Part shown: in pieces, positions 49,220 to 61,200 of the stretch
Layout: every line of letters starts with the position of its first letter
Position numbering within the stretch: position 1 is the stretch's first letter
Assembly (NCBI GenBank): GCA_029717555.1
Contig: JAMDHS010000043.1
Coordinates: 62,001 to 126,000, forward strand
DNA length: 64,000 nucleotides
Direction of reading: 5' to 3'
Source: Peribolospora baueri
Lineage: Eukaryota
Position numbers and translations under genes: made by a program
The notes under the pieces: generated by a model
Told to the model about the DNA's origin: nothing
What the model saw: the letters and a program-made list of their open reading frames with translations, nothing else
The model's database searches: none

Positions 49220-49762
49220 TACGACAAAAGAGCCGTGTGGATGGAGGTAAGGTACACTTGGTTCGGTATCTGACGGCACAAGTCTGGAATCTGTATGGCC
49301 GCACAGCACGCCTTCATGTTCAGAATGGACATATCACAGCCTTGCGACGAAGCCAAGGGCCGTCCAACTCTGCACAAGGCTTTCCAGTTCACCAAGGTCC
49401 TGACCAGGAAACAAATCACATGGCCTGAGGAGATTAGCCGCCACTAGTACACCATTGAGTGTTGGCCAGGACGTCAGAATGGAAAAGGAGACGGCCTCTC
49501 TCGTCGTTGTGACCTCTCAGAGGAGGGAAAAGCCTCACATGCGCCCCCACAAGCAATTCATCAGGACTGAAGTGCTTGAGAATGGGAGCTGAAGTGAAGG
49601 GCTTCTCGAGAGTCAAAGGCTTGATGAAGCAGATCCATTCTGGTGAAGGGAGCGCAGTTTCCTGATACTGGAGTGGTAGGTATTGTTGTGGGGCAAACTC
49701 TGCAATAGACAAGAGGTCGGACCAGTCATCTTGAAGGTAATTGGTGTAGATCCTAAGATACG
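49220..49762. mobile_element. Degenerate Ty3/gypsy LTR-retrotransposon pol fragments in scrambled order and orientation
   Basis: Minus strand: YLRIYTNYLQDDWSDLLSIAEFA/HNNTYHSSI (integrase core) and HQAFDS/LEKPFTSAPILKHFSPD (RT-RNase H connection). Plus strand: TKVLTRKQITWPEEISRH*YTIECWPGRQNGKGDGLSRR (RNase H end). GC is visibly lower than in the flanks. Confidence 0.85.
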
Positions 49763-49994
49763 ACGGCCAACGGCGCTCTATATTGAATCTGGTCGATTCG
49801 CCTCTAGCAGCGTGTCACGCCTTCTCCCTTGTAGCCCATTTCCATATCGTCGTAATATCTGAAATGTCAACGCTCCGCCAAGTCCCCTGACAAGATCACA
49901 TTTTTTTTAAAAAAAAAAAAAAAAAAAAGAAAAAGAAAGTCGGCACACCGCTCGCGACTGACGCTGAGCATGAGTGTCCTCAGACCTACAAAGA

Positions 49995-52720
49995 TTAAGA
50001 AGTCGTTGAAGTCGAAGGGCCGAACGGGGTGACGGCGTTGGCGAGGGAAGACCGATGGCACAATGTCGGTATATGTGGCGCCGGTGCAGGAGCTGCGTAC
50101 GCGTCCTCGAACGTTGGTTTGTCATCTAACGCCCGGTCGCCTCCGACGCCGACGATCAGGCTGTAGAGGTCGCCGCAAAAGTCATTAAAGTCCCACGGCT
50201 CGTCCATGTTCCACGGTGCTGAATCCGAGTCTCCAGGGCGGACGGCGACTGAGCGGCCAGAGCGAGGGCGATGTGAGCAAGACGTGGGATCAGTGCATGC
50301 GGAGGGCGCTAAGAACGAAAGCGAGCGGTGAAAACGCACCATTGTCTTCCGGCTTGAGACATTGGACGAGATGCTCGATCACCACGGCGCACCGAGCGGC
50401 ACTTTGAATGTGTTTATAGTCTTGTATGACCTGGATTACATCGCGCATCTTGGCGATGCGATCCTCTTGGGACGATCGACAGACAGACTCCTTCCCGACA
50501 CCCCTCTGGTCCAATACCAGGGACCCCGCGAGTACCAAGGACGCGTTGAAGCCTAGAAAGACAGTTTTCCGATCAGGGAGCGGCCGCGTAGAAGAGATGG
50601 CGGTAAGAAAGAACGAGAACATGACCCACCGTAGAGTGTTCGGATCCACTCTGCGCCGCCTGTGTAAGTCCTCTGGGTGGTCTTGCTGAGGATGCGAATC
50701 GTCTCCATCGCCGCCTCAGCGCAGACGGACAGGCTGTACGAGCTGAACGTGTTGGCCAGGCCGGCGTTGGTCATGGCCGCCATCGATCCGGCCCCGAAGT
50801 AGCGTTCCACCGATCCGGCAAGCGCGGCTTCGAGAAAAGGACGGTGAAGGAGTATGCGCATGGCGAGCCGTCGCAGAGCGAGGATGACGGCTTGCGTCGA
50901 GTAGGTCAACGGGTCGGCCCCGTTGGGCATTTGCAGATGGGACGGCAGGTTGTCGGCCCAGCTCGACAGCTCGTAGTCCACCCTTCCGATCTCGAAGATG
51001 GCAGCCGCGTTCGGACAGGTGCGGCCCAAAGTGGAGCTGGGGTAGAATATGTCGATCCTGTCCCCCATAACACGGTACAAATTGCTGGTGGAAGGAAGCG
51101 GGCTTCAGCAGTGTCCAGTCGTCCCATCGTCGTGAGTGAAGACAGAGAGAGGGGGCCGGCCGTGTCGGCGAGACTCACATGGTCGCGTTGAAAAACTCGG
51201 TCAACGGGCGGTGGTTGTTCTCACGCGTCTCGCCGTCGAGGTCTCGAGGGAGATCGACGTCGCAAAAGGCGTTGACGGTGCTGGGACGACCGAGAATGCT
51301 GCTTACAGACCGATCCAGCACGAAACACATGAACCACGCTCGACGACGGAGCTCCTTCTCCACTTCACTCGTGTCTCGCGTCGGGTTTATGTGCAAGCCG
51401 GTCCCGTAGGCCATGCGCACTGCCAGGCCGATCGTGTACCACGATTCGTGGAGTTTGTCCGTAGCCTGGATGTACAGGCCTCGAAGGAGGCAAACTTGAA
51501 CTGAGGTTGCGCACCCGGAAGGCGGACGAAGCCCAAGGGTGAGCCGAGCGCAGTTGTTGAGTCACAAGAGGGAGCGATTCGGACGCCTCACCTTTGGTCA
51601 GGTCGGCCTCGGAGATGGACTCACTCCAGAACACCTTTTCAGCTTTGAGAAAGGCGTCCTCCGCCTGCTTGAGATGGCCCTGCACCAGATAGGCCGTGGC
51701 GAAGACCATGAGGTAAAGACCGACACGGCGGGTGAAGGTGGGGCCGTATCGCTCTTTGGGAGAGAACATGTCGACCGAGAAGGAGTGTTCGAGCGCTGGC
51801 CTGTACATGAAGGAGAAGAAGCGGTTGGGACTGAGGAAGTAGGCGCGGATGAGTTCGAACGCCTCGCCGTAGGGAGGGAGCTGGCCGATCAGCTCATCGA
51901 TCCACTCCGGTCTTGTTCGCTGTCCGGACGAGGAGGCGAAACCATTGATTCGACTGCGTTGTTCTGCCGTCCCCGAGCCCGACGGGTCCGCCCGCCTCGA
52001 CAGAGGAGAACTCGGCTCTGCCTTTGGGCTGTGGGGTGCGTCGGGCGATCGCCTCGGAAGGTAGAGGCGACGGGAAGACTCGATGGCAGGTGGCCGGAAA
52101 GGCAGACAAAACGGTCTCGTGGTTGCTCATCGACGGCGGTGACGGACGCAGCGGCGGCGGGTCGGCGGGTCGTCCGTCCGGGTGGGATGGTGGCATGGGA
52201 GGATCCATAACATCCATAACACTTGCGGCCGGCGTCGCAGAGGCAAGAGCGGACATGGCCCGTGAGGAAGCCTGGCCGGGTGTGGGAGAGGGCGGAGGGA
52301 GTCGAAGATGCCTTTCCGCTCGTTCCAGCCGTTCCTCCAGCCTGGCAATGTACTCTGCGCCTACGACCACCGGTAACGACGATGTCGATGGCCTGGACGG
52401 AGGCGTAGCCGACGATGGCAGATACTCGCAATGGAAGCCGTACTCCTCGCACGTCCTGCACCGGGGTTTGGCAGCGTCGCACTGCACAGACGAACGAACG
52501 ACGTTTGCGACGGGACGGCGTCAGTGTCGTCAACCCGGTTCCTCTCGGAGAGATGAAGCCGACCTGCTCTGCTCACCTTGGACTTGCGCTGGCGGCACGA
52601 AGAACATGCGATCGCAACCCTCCGCCGTTTCGTCCCTCCACCGCCAGGTGCGGTGCCTGCGCGGCCGTCCCGCTCGGCCTCGATGGACGACCCTGCCGCC
52701 GGTGCCAGTCGCGGTTCCAT
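49995..52720 (-). CDS. Zn(II)2Cys6 transcription factor with a fungal middle homology region
   Basis: RRRVAIACSSCRQRKSK|CDAAKPRCRTCEEYGFHCEY, YIARLEERL, RMAYGTGLH, ELRRRAWFMCFVLDRSVSSILGRP, RILLHRPFL. Start and last exon are approximate. Confidence 0.9.
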
Positions 52721-53374
52721 CGGTGCGGTCGCGGGCGGGGGGGCAGGGGGGGTTGTAGGTTCGGATGTGCGGATGAGCAGCCGAGGCTGGTCGAGGAAGG
52801 ACCGGAGCGTGAATCCAGCGCTGGGATGTTGAGCGCAGAGGCGCCGCCTTCTTCTATCTCTGAGCCAGCACCAGGAAGACCCTGTCGACCACCGTCCGGC
52901 TCGTGGTGATATACGATTCCAACGTGATCCTAGAGTGCTGTGTTGTATCTAGTGTGCGCTTTGCGATGGGAGTGGAGCCTTGCCGGGCTGCATGCAGGCA
53001 CGGGCGAATGTTGATCAGGCAGGACTGGAGCCGAGACCGGCCCGTTCGGTTGGGACAGACGAGTGACGAACGAGGAAATGGAAATGAAGGTGATGGATGA
53101 TATTCATATACGAGCTCAACCCTAGCATAGCATGGTGTGCATTTGTTCGTTCGTTCGCTTTGCAAAAAGGCCGCGCTCAGGGAGCGAGGACGAAGGCGTG
53201 GGACGTATGCTACATACATGACTTGACGATGAACAAGTCGAACCCTTTTTCGGCTGCCGATCATCTCATCTCTCCTCGACGCCGGCTCCCTCCTTCGCTC
53301 TCCGTCAGGCCGTCCATCTCTTCCTTCACCCGACCGAGCTTCTGCCCACGTCCCCCTCAAGCCTGTTCACTCTC

Positions 53375-54973
53375 TCAAGCATCCAAATCGAATCCGCAGG
53401 CAAGTTTCACATCATCCCACTCGCTCGGCCTCAGCCCAAACTCCTTCCACCTCGCCAGCTCCTCCCCGCGCTCCTCCATGTCCGTCACGAACTGGAGCAT
53501 GAGCTCCTTGCCGTTGGCAAAGCTGGTCGAGAGGGCGGAGTGGGCGGCCGACATGCTCGGCGCCGTCGTGGAGACGATGGGGCCTTGTGCCTGTGCCTGT
53601 GCCTCTGCTCCTTGCTGCTGCTGCTGAGAGGCGAGAGGGGACTGCAAGAAAGCGTCGACTTCCTCTTTGGGACCACAAGTGAGCCAAGTGTACACGGTTC
53701 GGAGCGCCTTCTCGGAGTAGTCTGCGTCTGTCTCGTCTTGATCTCCGTCCGGGCCGGCGGGAGGAATGACTTGGGAGGGCACGAGGAGCGAGCCGACGAG
53801 GAGCGTCAGGAGGGAGTGAACGCGCATCGCTCTAAAAGCGTTCGACTGCGGAGGCTGTCGCGGTTTGGAGGATGCTGCCGCGTCGGTCTGCGCGGGCGCC
53901 GGTGCAACGGCGGTGGAGCCTGTCTGACCTGAGCTCGTGCCGGACGATGCGGAAAGAGGGGGTGCGCCGAGCAGACCTGCTGGAGCATTTCGCTGTTCAG
54001 GCTTGTCACGGTGTTCCTTGGTATTCGCAGGGTCTTGGAGAAGGAGGGTGTTGAGAAGGAAGGCTACCTTGCGGCGTAGGTTGACGTTGGGATCTACATG
54101 TGGCGCGAGAAAGTGAAAGCATGCATCATGGGAGGCGGTCAGCCTCAAGGACGCCGAGCAGGCTAAGATTCGGCGAAGAAGAGGCCTACCGAGCAAAGCA
54201 GCCTTGAGCGCCTCCCACCCTCCCAAATCCTCAAATCTCTGCAACACCGCCGGCTTGGCGTGCTTGAGCGTGCTGCTCAGCGCGTACATGGCCTTGCTTC
54301 TCAGCTCGGGGCTCGCGCTTGTGAGTGGGGCAAGGAGAAGCGGAAGGGGGTCGTGCCTGAGGAAGTCTTCCTGTGCCTTAGGGTTGTTCTGAACCGCCGT
54401 ACCAATGACCCAAAGGGCTTGCAAGCGAATCTCATCGGATGGGTCGGAGAGGAGCCGGAGGAGGGGGTTCCACATGTTCAGGACGGTGAGGTTGTTGGCG
54501 TTGTCAATGTGTTCGATCAGCTGCGATGACACGAGCGATTACGAGGCATGCCAGGGTTTCGTCAGTCTTTCTGGCCCCCCTTAACGCTCGGGAGGGAACG
54601 GCGGGACAACAGATCGGCACGACTGACCAACTCCAGATTATCCAGCGCCGTCACCCGACTGGACACCTCGGCCTCCTTATTCGTGGCCACCTGAATGGCC
54701 TCCTGCATGAGTTGCGCGTCCGACTTGCCCATGATGGCCTCGATCAAGCCGGGATCCTGGAGGTCGGGTCGCTTGCCCGCCTGAATGTCGGCATGGATCT
54801 GCTGTATGGTAGGCGCCCGGGAACCGTCCGTGCCGGTCTGTTGAGCATTTCGAATGCCTGGCAAGGGAGAGCATGAGGAGAGACGAGAAGGGAGACTGCG
54901 TGATCAGGGCAAGTCGGCGAGAGACGAGAGAGCAGGGAACGTGCTCACCCCACTGCAACAAAGTGTTCTCCAT
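53375..54973 (-). CDS. FES1: Hsp70 nucleotide-exchange factor Fes1
   Basis: MENTLLQWG, IMGKSDAQLMQE, ALDNLEL|LIEHIDNANNL, ALWVIGTAVQNNPKAQ, LRRKVAFLLNTL. Confidence 0.92.
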
Positions 54974-56526
54974 CTTGAACGGTCTGGGTGGTCGTCGTCG
55001 TCGACTTTTCGTTGTCCACCAGTCGCGAGGCCAAGCTGACTTGCCGTGCGCCGTCTTCCAAGAGCTGCGGAGCCCTTCTCCGAGGTTCGACAAACGTCGC
55101 GTGCTTAGTCAGCACACGGGACGCGGAAATACAGAGGCAGGCGGCAAGACGACGAAGCGGCGGGGATGTGGGGTATGCTGGACGTACAATACAGTCGGTT
55201 CTTTCGGTCTCATGTGAAAAGGTCGAATCGAGGCGCTGACTAGGAGTCAGAGCACGAAGGAAATCTACGACGACAAAGGACGACAGGTGCCGTTGACTTT
55301 ACGACGCCGCGTCATAGGCAGCAGGCCTGCCAGCAGTTCGGAGCGCCCATATGCGTAGTTCACATCGTACAAGGCCATTCGGAGCCACCGACGAGACAGC
55401 GTGGAGACTTATAAGTCTTCCAAGCTCCACTTCATGTCCTCCACGCCTGCGAGCTCCTCCGCTGCGGTTCAAGGCTACGCCGTCGGGCGTCCCAACAAGC
55501 ATTGGCATTCGTATATTCAGCGCAGCGTCTCATTGCACATCAAGAGTAGTATCACTGAGCGTGAATATCGGACAGGGGAAAACAACGCGATCGAGGCTGA
55601 GAGTCGGGCGTGCTTAAAAGGGAAGAGAGTGTCGCGGACAGGATTGCATGGAGTCGATTGACCCCTTTTCCGGACGACAGAAGAGACCATGCTGCGAGAA
55701 GGACGGTGGGACGACGGGTCAGCTCGGGTCACGTCCGCTGGGCAAACAAAGCATGCGCGAGGCTGTGGTGAAGAACGAGGTTAGCGGGCGGCATGGGCGG
55801 GAGGGAGCGTGGAGCGGGCAGAAAAAGGGGGAAGAGGGAAGGACGTTATTGGATGTCGGTTTGGAGGAGAGAGCGATGGCGATGGCGATGGCGACGGTGG
55901 AGGACGGGAGGACGAGGCGGGGGCGACGAAGGGCGGCGCGGGGTGAGGACGCGTAGACCCCGAAAGCGAGCACGGCCAGGCGGCCGGGCGCGGCGTAGAG
56001 TATACTTGCTCGAGTACACGACGGATAGTAAAGTACCAATACCGAGCGTACTCGCGGAGGGTATACATATGCATATATATGCGCTTATACCCGTGTATGC
56101 GCCGCGCCACTCACGGTTAACACCACCGCCAAGTGGCCTCTATTCCGCTCTTTTGATCCTCGGGAATTCTTCTGATCCTTGATCCCTTTCCCTCCTCCAT
56201 CCCTCCGTCCGCGCCTCGGATGTCACACGCCTCGCCTTGCGTGCATGGACGGAAGGGAAGGGAAGGAGGGACTGGTCGCTGCTGACGTCCGCTCCACGGT
56301 GCCCCCCTCCCTAGGCCTTACGCGTCGAGATGGCCGCAGCAGGCGCGCTCGCCCTCTCTCTAATAAGACCCCACTCCGAGTCCGGGTCTCTTTGGCTCTC
56401 CCTCTTTCTCTCTCCTCCATCCTCTCTCCTTCGACCACCTTGCTCTTCCTCCCAGAGACCCCATCGAGAGTCGCCTCCGACTTGCTCCTTTCCGTCCAGC
56501 CAGTCGATTCCATCCGCTCGCTCGAG

Positions 56527-57089
56527 ATGCCGCCGAAGAAGAGTGAGCCTCGTTTTCCTATGTGCTCCTTGTACCCGCTGCCCTCTCTTTCGCGATTCCC
56601 CTCGATCGCTCCGTCGCCGCGGCCGCTCGCCGATCACGCGTCGACCGCGTCGCGTCTCTCCATACCCTTCTTCTCACTGACCCATCCATCCATCCCTCGC
56701 CTTGCTTTCTTCGTCTCTTTTCTCCTACTTCTCTCTGCCCTTCCACCTTGCCTCTCCATCTCGGACCCGCGCCTCAGCCGCGTCGTCCACCGCGACCAAG
56801 GCCAAGGGCAAGACGAGCCCGTACAACAACTACATGAAGCAGGCGCTCGCTAAGCTCAAGGAGGAGAAGCCCGACCTCCAGCACAAGGAGCGTTTCAAGA
56901 TCGCGGCTCAGAACTGGGCGTGAGTGCATCCGACCCATTCGCCGGCCCTTCTTTCCTCGCTGCGCAGACTCTCGACCCCTCGTGTTCCGCGCGTGGCGCG
57001 CAGCCCGTGTGCTGACCGCGCGCGCGTCTTTGTCTCCCCTTTTCCTTCATAGCACCCACCCTGATAACCCAAAGAACAAGGCCAAGTAA
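56527..57089 (+). CDS. 64-aa basic HMG-box/YABBY-like protein, 3 exons
   Basis: Canonical splicing gives MPPKKTASSTATKAKGKTSPYNNYMKQALAKLKEEKPDLQHKERFKIAAQNWATHPDNPKNKAK*. Confidence 0.85.
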
Positions 57090-58259
57090 ACTGAGCAAAA
57101 TCGCGCTCGTCATGGCGCTTGTCGCGCGGCGGTGACCCCGGTCGACTTGGGACGAGGCTCGAGGTTGGACGGTGTCGACGCTGCGACGCGCCACGACGCG
57201 ACGCGTCTCGTCCCACCTCATTCGCTCTCCTCCCTCTTATTTCCTTCCTTCCCCTCATGCCTGTCTTCTTCGCATCTTGCTCGTCGCCTCCGTCTTTCTA
57301 CTGCTCCCCCCGGGCCAGCCGCTCGTCGTCGTCCGTCGTAGTAACCCCGACGGGCGCGTGTACTCTTAGGTGTACCCATGCGTCTTTTTTTTTTTTTACT
57401 CTCTTCCTTTCCTTCCTCCCTTCTTCGATCATCGTCGAGGTCGCTTTCTCGCCACCTCCCCGGCAATCGACGAAGGGAGATCCCTTTCCATCCACCCGTC
57501 CATCCATCCTTCCTTCTCCCCTTCTGCCTAGGTTCCTTTTTGCCAGTGTAATTTTGTTGACCGGTGAAACCATGCACGCACGCTCCATCTCGTCTCGATT
57601 CTTTCCGTTTCCGCCCACTGGGCCTCGCGGAACATCTTGTCTGATCTGATCTGATCTCTGCTTCGCGATGGGTTTTGGAGAACGGAACGGCATGGCGGCA
57701 TTTGCGGAAGGGCGACGGACGACACTAGGTTCACACGGACCCATACGTGCAGACGTGGGATGTAGGACGAAGAAGGACAAGGAGAAGAAGCTTCGATGCT
57801 CTGTTCCGTGGAAAGAAAATAAAAAGGAGAAAGATGAGAGCGCCCCTTCCATCCCTTCCTTCCATCCTTCCATCCATCGGTGGCTAGGAGGCTGTCCCGA
57901 TCAGACAAACATTCATGTACCAGTCCGAGAGGCACGACCGACAGACCCGACCCGACGTGCCAGCGCCAGCCTGCGCAGTGGAACGCGGCGAGACCGCCGT
58001 CCGCGTCGTACGACTTGTCAATTACCTCAGCTCTTCATTCAGCCCCGGCCTCCTTCCTGGCGTTGGTGGTGGGCGGGTGCGGGTATGAGGCGATCATCCG
58101 GTCCTCACGGCCGGAGGTTGGTTGGTACGGCCCCCGCGCAGTGACGTTGCCAACTCCCGGTCGGTAAAAGTACAATACGCTATGGCAACAGGAAGAAGCA
58201 AAACAAAACGAAACAAAACCGAAAAAGAACTGGCGAGGGCAACTGTCTCCGGTGGCCGT

Positions 58260-61200
58260 TCACTCGATAGGCATGAAAAAGCTCTTGTCGGCCCAGCCTA
58301 CCTGGCCTTTGTCCGTGCGTCCGAAGAGAAGACCCGTGCTGTCCTCGTACAGCACTTGGAGCAGATCGCCGGCTTCAAAGGTGACGAAAGGATAGCCGAG
58401 CCGTTGAGCGCCCGTCAAGGCGGGCGAAGGGTAGATGGCAGCCTCGACGCGCAGAACGCGATATTTGCTTAACTTCGATCCCGGCGAGACGCCACGGGCG
58501 CCAGTCGCGCTGTCATCGTACTTCCGGGCGCGACCGCGAGCTTGGCCGAGGCTGAGAGTAAGGGAAGGGTCGACCAAGGTCTCCATATGCGGCGGTGGCG
58601 AAGGGAGTGGGGGTGAGGAGGAATCATCCCGAAGGAGCTCGAGGAACTCGAGGCCTGTGGGCGTCGACGCCACGAACAGGTGGTTTTCCTCGTCGAAGGT
58701 TAGTGCGGGCAAGGTGGGAGCTTCGGAGGCGATCGTAGACACGTCGGCGGATTTCGGCAGGAGGTCTGGAGGCTGAGGATCAGATGTCCCGGCGCCACGT
58801 TTCCCAAAGGTCCCCCGACCCGGGAGCGGTGAGCCCGCTCTTTCGAACGAGGTCTGGCTCCCGCTGGTCGCCGCTCCAGACGCGGGGTAGACTCTGCCAG
58901 CGGGTACAGCCGCCTCACGCCCGCCTTTGCGAGGCGGCATACGCAGAGTGAAAGGAGTGCTTTCCGCGGCAGGCGCAGCGACGTTCCTGAAGCTACGAGC
59001 CCGCTCCAGCTTCGATGCCACCGCAAGACTGGGCGCCTGGCGGTCGCTCTGTTCCGAAGGCCGTCGCGAATGACGCCAGCTGACGCGGTCTGTGACCGTT
59101 CAAAATCAGAATGAAAAGAAGCGAAAGCAACATGGTTAGCTTCACGGCCCTTGGACTGCCCGATGCCGATCAATGGACGACGACTCACCCGGCTGACAAC
59201 TCTCCAGGTAGGCGGCGTGTTCGGCGACGGCCGAGTGACTCTGCCAGAACTCGCGGACCACGTTGATCCCGTGGAAGGTAGCTCCCTCATGACCATGCTC
59301 CGCGACGGCTTGAGCGAGCAATTCGCCTTCGTCGTTCCATGAAAAGTCGATCCAGAACTCGGTAAAGTTCTGCTTCACCTGGAGGAAGTGGACGGCCTGT
59401 ATGCGAGCGAATTCCGCCGTGCTCACGTCGAGGAGCCGGTCGACGCCTTGCAGGAACTGGGGGAGCTCCTCCATGAGCTGCGCGTGTAAGGCTTGGAACG
59501 ATTCCGCGCTCTCCCTAAGACGCTTGTCCACCTTCTCACCCCTTGTCGAAGCGGCTTTGACGCGGGCAAAGTCGGACTCACGCGCATCGCGCTTGGACAT
59601 GACTGCTTTCGGGTTGGAGACGAGCATGACTAGCTCATGTACCATCGGGATGACCGTTCGACGGATGTCGTTGTCCATTGTGCGCCAGGCGAAATTGACA
59701 GTCCGTCGAAGAACATCGATAAACGCCTCTATCCGTTCGTCGACGCCCGGGTCACCCTCATTGAGCCGATAGACGACCTTGAACTGCTCTAGAAGCCGTA
59801 TCTGGGTCTCGTAGCAATTCTTGACGCTTCGCGACCAGTCGATCGCATCCCGGCTGAACTGTTGCACCTGCACTTCCACATGACGCAAGCGAGCAGCGAG
59901 GGCGCGATACTCTTCCGAGGTGTCCACCCAGTCCGGGCCACCGACGAAAGTGTGTTTCACCTTTTCCTTTTGTCGGAAAAACTTTTTGGAGACGCCATGG
60001 GAGAAATTCTTGTGCGCGCCCATGCGCTGTTGCTGACGTTTGCTAATGATGATCTTGTCCACCATGTCCTTGCGCTTCTTGATCTCGTCGATGGAAGCAG
60101 CCACTGTCTGGATGTCGTCACAGGCCTTTTGCAAGTTTGCGTAGTCTGGATGAGAAGCGAGCGTGGTGGATATGATCTGCTGAAGCAGCAGAGGGTATTT
60201 GAGAATTCGCTGAACGGGCTTGATGAGCAAGCTGCTGAGATCCCAAGCGGTGGTCCTGCGCATTCATTCGAAACAGATCAGTCGGTCGCTCGCAGATTCG
60301 GCGATCATTCGGTCCCAAAAGAAGCCAACTCACTTCCCCTTGGCCAACTCCTTGCACTCGGCGAGATAGATGGCGACCTTGGGTTGCTCTGCTTGGAGCA
60401 TCTGCAAGCGAGCGATGGACGTCTGATGGCGCGAGCAATAAGCGGCGTAGACCTTCTCGATACGCGGCATCTGAAATAAAAAAAAGGTATCGGACGGGGT
60501 CATCCATATTAGCAATCTCATCTGCTACGAAGACCCTTGCCCATTCACGCTCACCATTTCGACGAACACCGTCCCCACCCGATCCTCCACGATTTCCATC
60601 TGCACGTCCCCCTTCACTTGGAAGGTCGCCTCCCCCATGGCGGACGCGAGGGCGGCGGCGAACTCCTCCGCAAAGGCGGCACTCTGCTCGAGATGGGCGA
60701 AGATGACGCGGATGTCGGCGAGAGAGAATGGCGCCTCAGCTGGCATAGGCGAAGGCTGTGGTGGGAGTCCCGCGCTGAGCATGGCTAAGCCGGCCGACTT
60801 GGCAACCGTTACGCCAAGCGCGGACAGGGCAGCGCTCGTCGTGGTCGTCGTCGCCGAGCCACTGTTTTGCGTCGGCGTCTCAGAGTTGGCGGTGGTGGCG
60901 GAAGTGGAAGATGAAGAGACGGTGTACATCGACGATCGGTTGGACGAGGTGGAAGGCGAGGCGGTCTGGAAGGCACTCGGGGCTCCGGAGGTCTGCGAAG
61001 CGTCGGACGGCCGCGGCGTCATGGCCGTTTTGACGCTGGGACTGGGCGGCACGTTGAAAGCAGCCGCCCAGGTCGTCGCCGGCGTGTTGAGCCCGGCCGA
61101 CATGAGCGGTGTATCGCCCGGTCCAGAGCCAGGACATAGGTGCGCGCCCGCGCGCGCACGGGCTAGGTAAATGTCCCTGATGACGGCCAAGTCGGACGCG

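Noticed and set aside
55300..55680. Lower-GC patch with a KHWHSYI peptide resembling retroelement RNase H and a small hairpin
   Set aside because: One weak motif only; I cannot support a transposon or ncRNA call without a search.
249..58260. Cryptic peroxisomal targeting by TGA-CTA stop readthrough
   Set aside because: None of the stop codons I inspected has the TGA CTA context.
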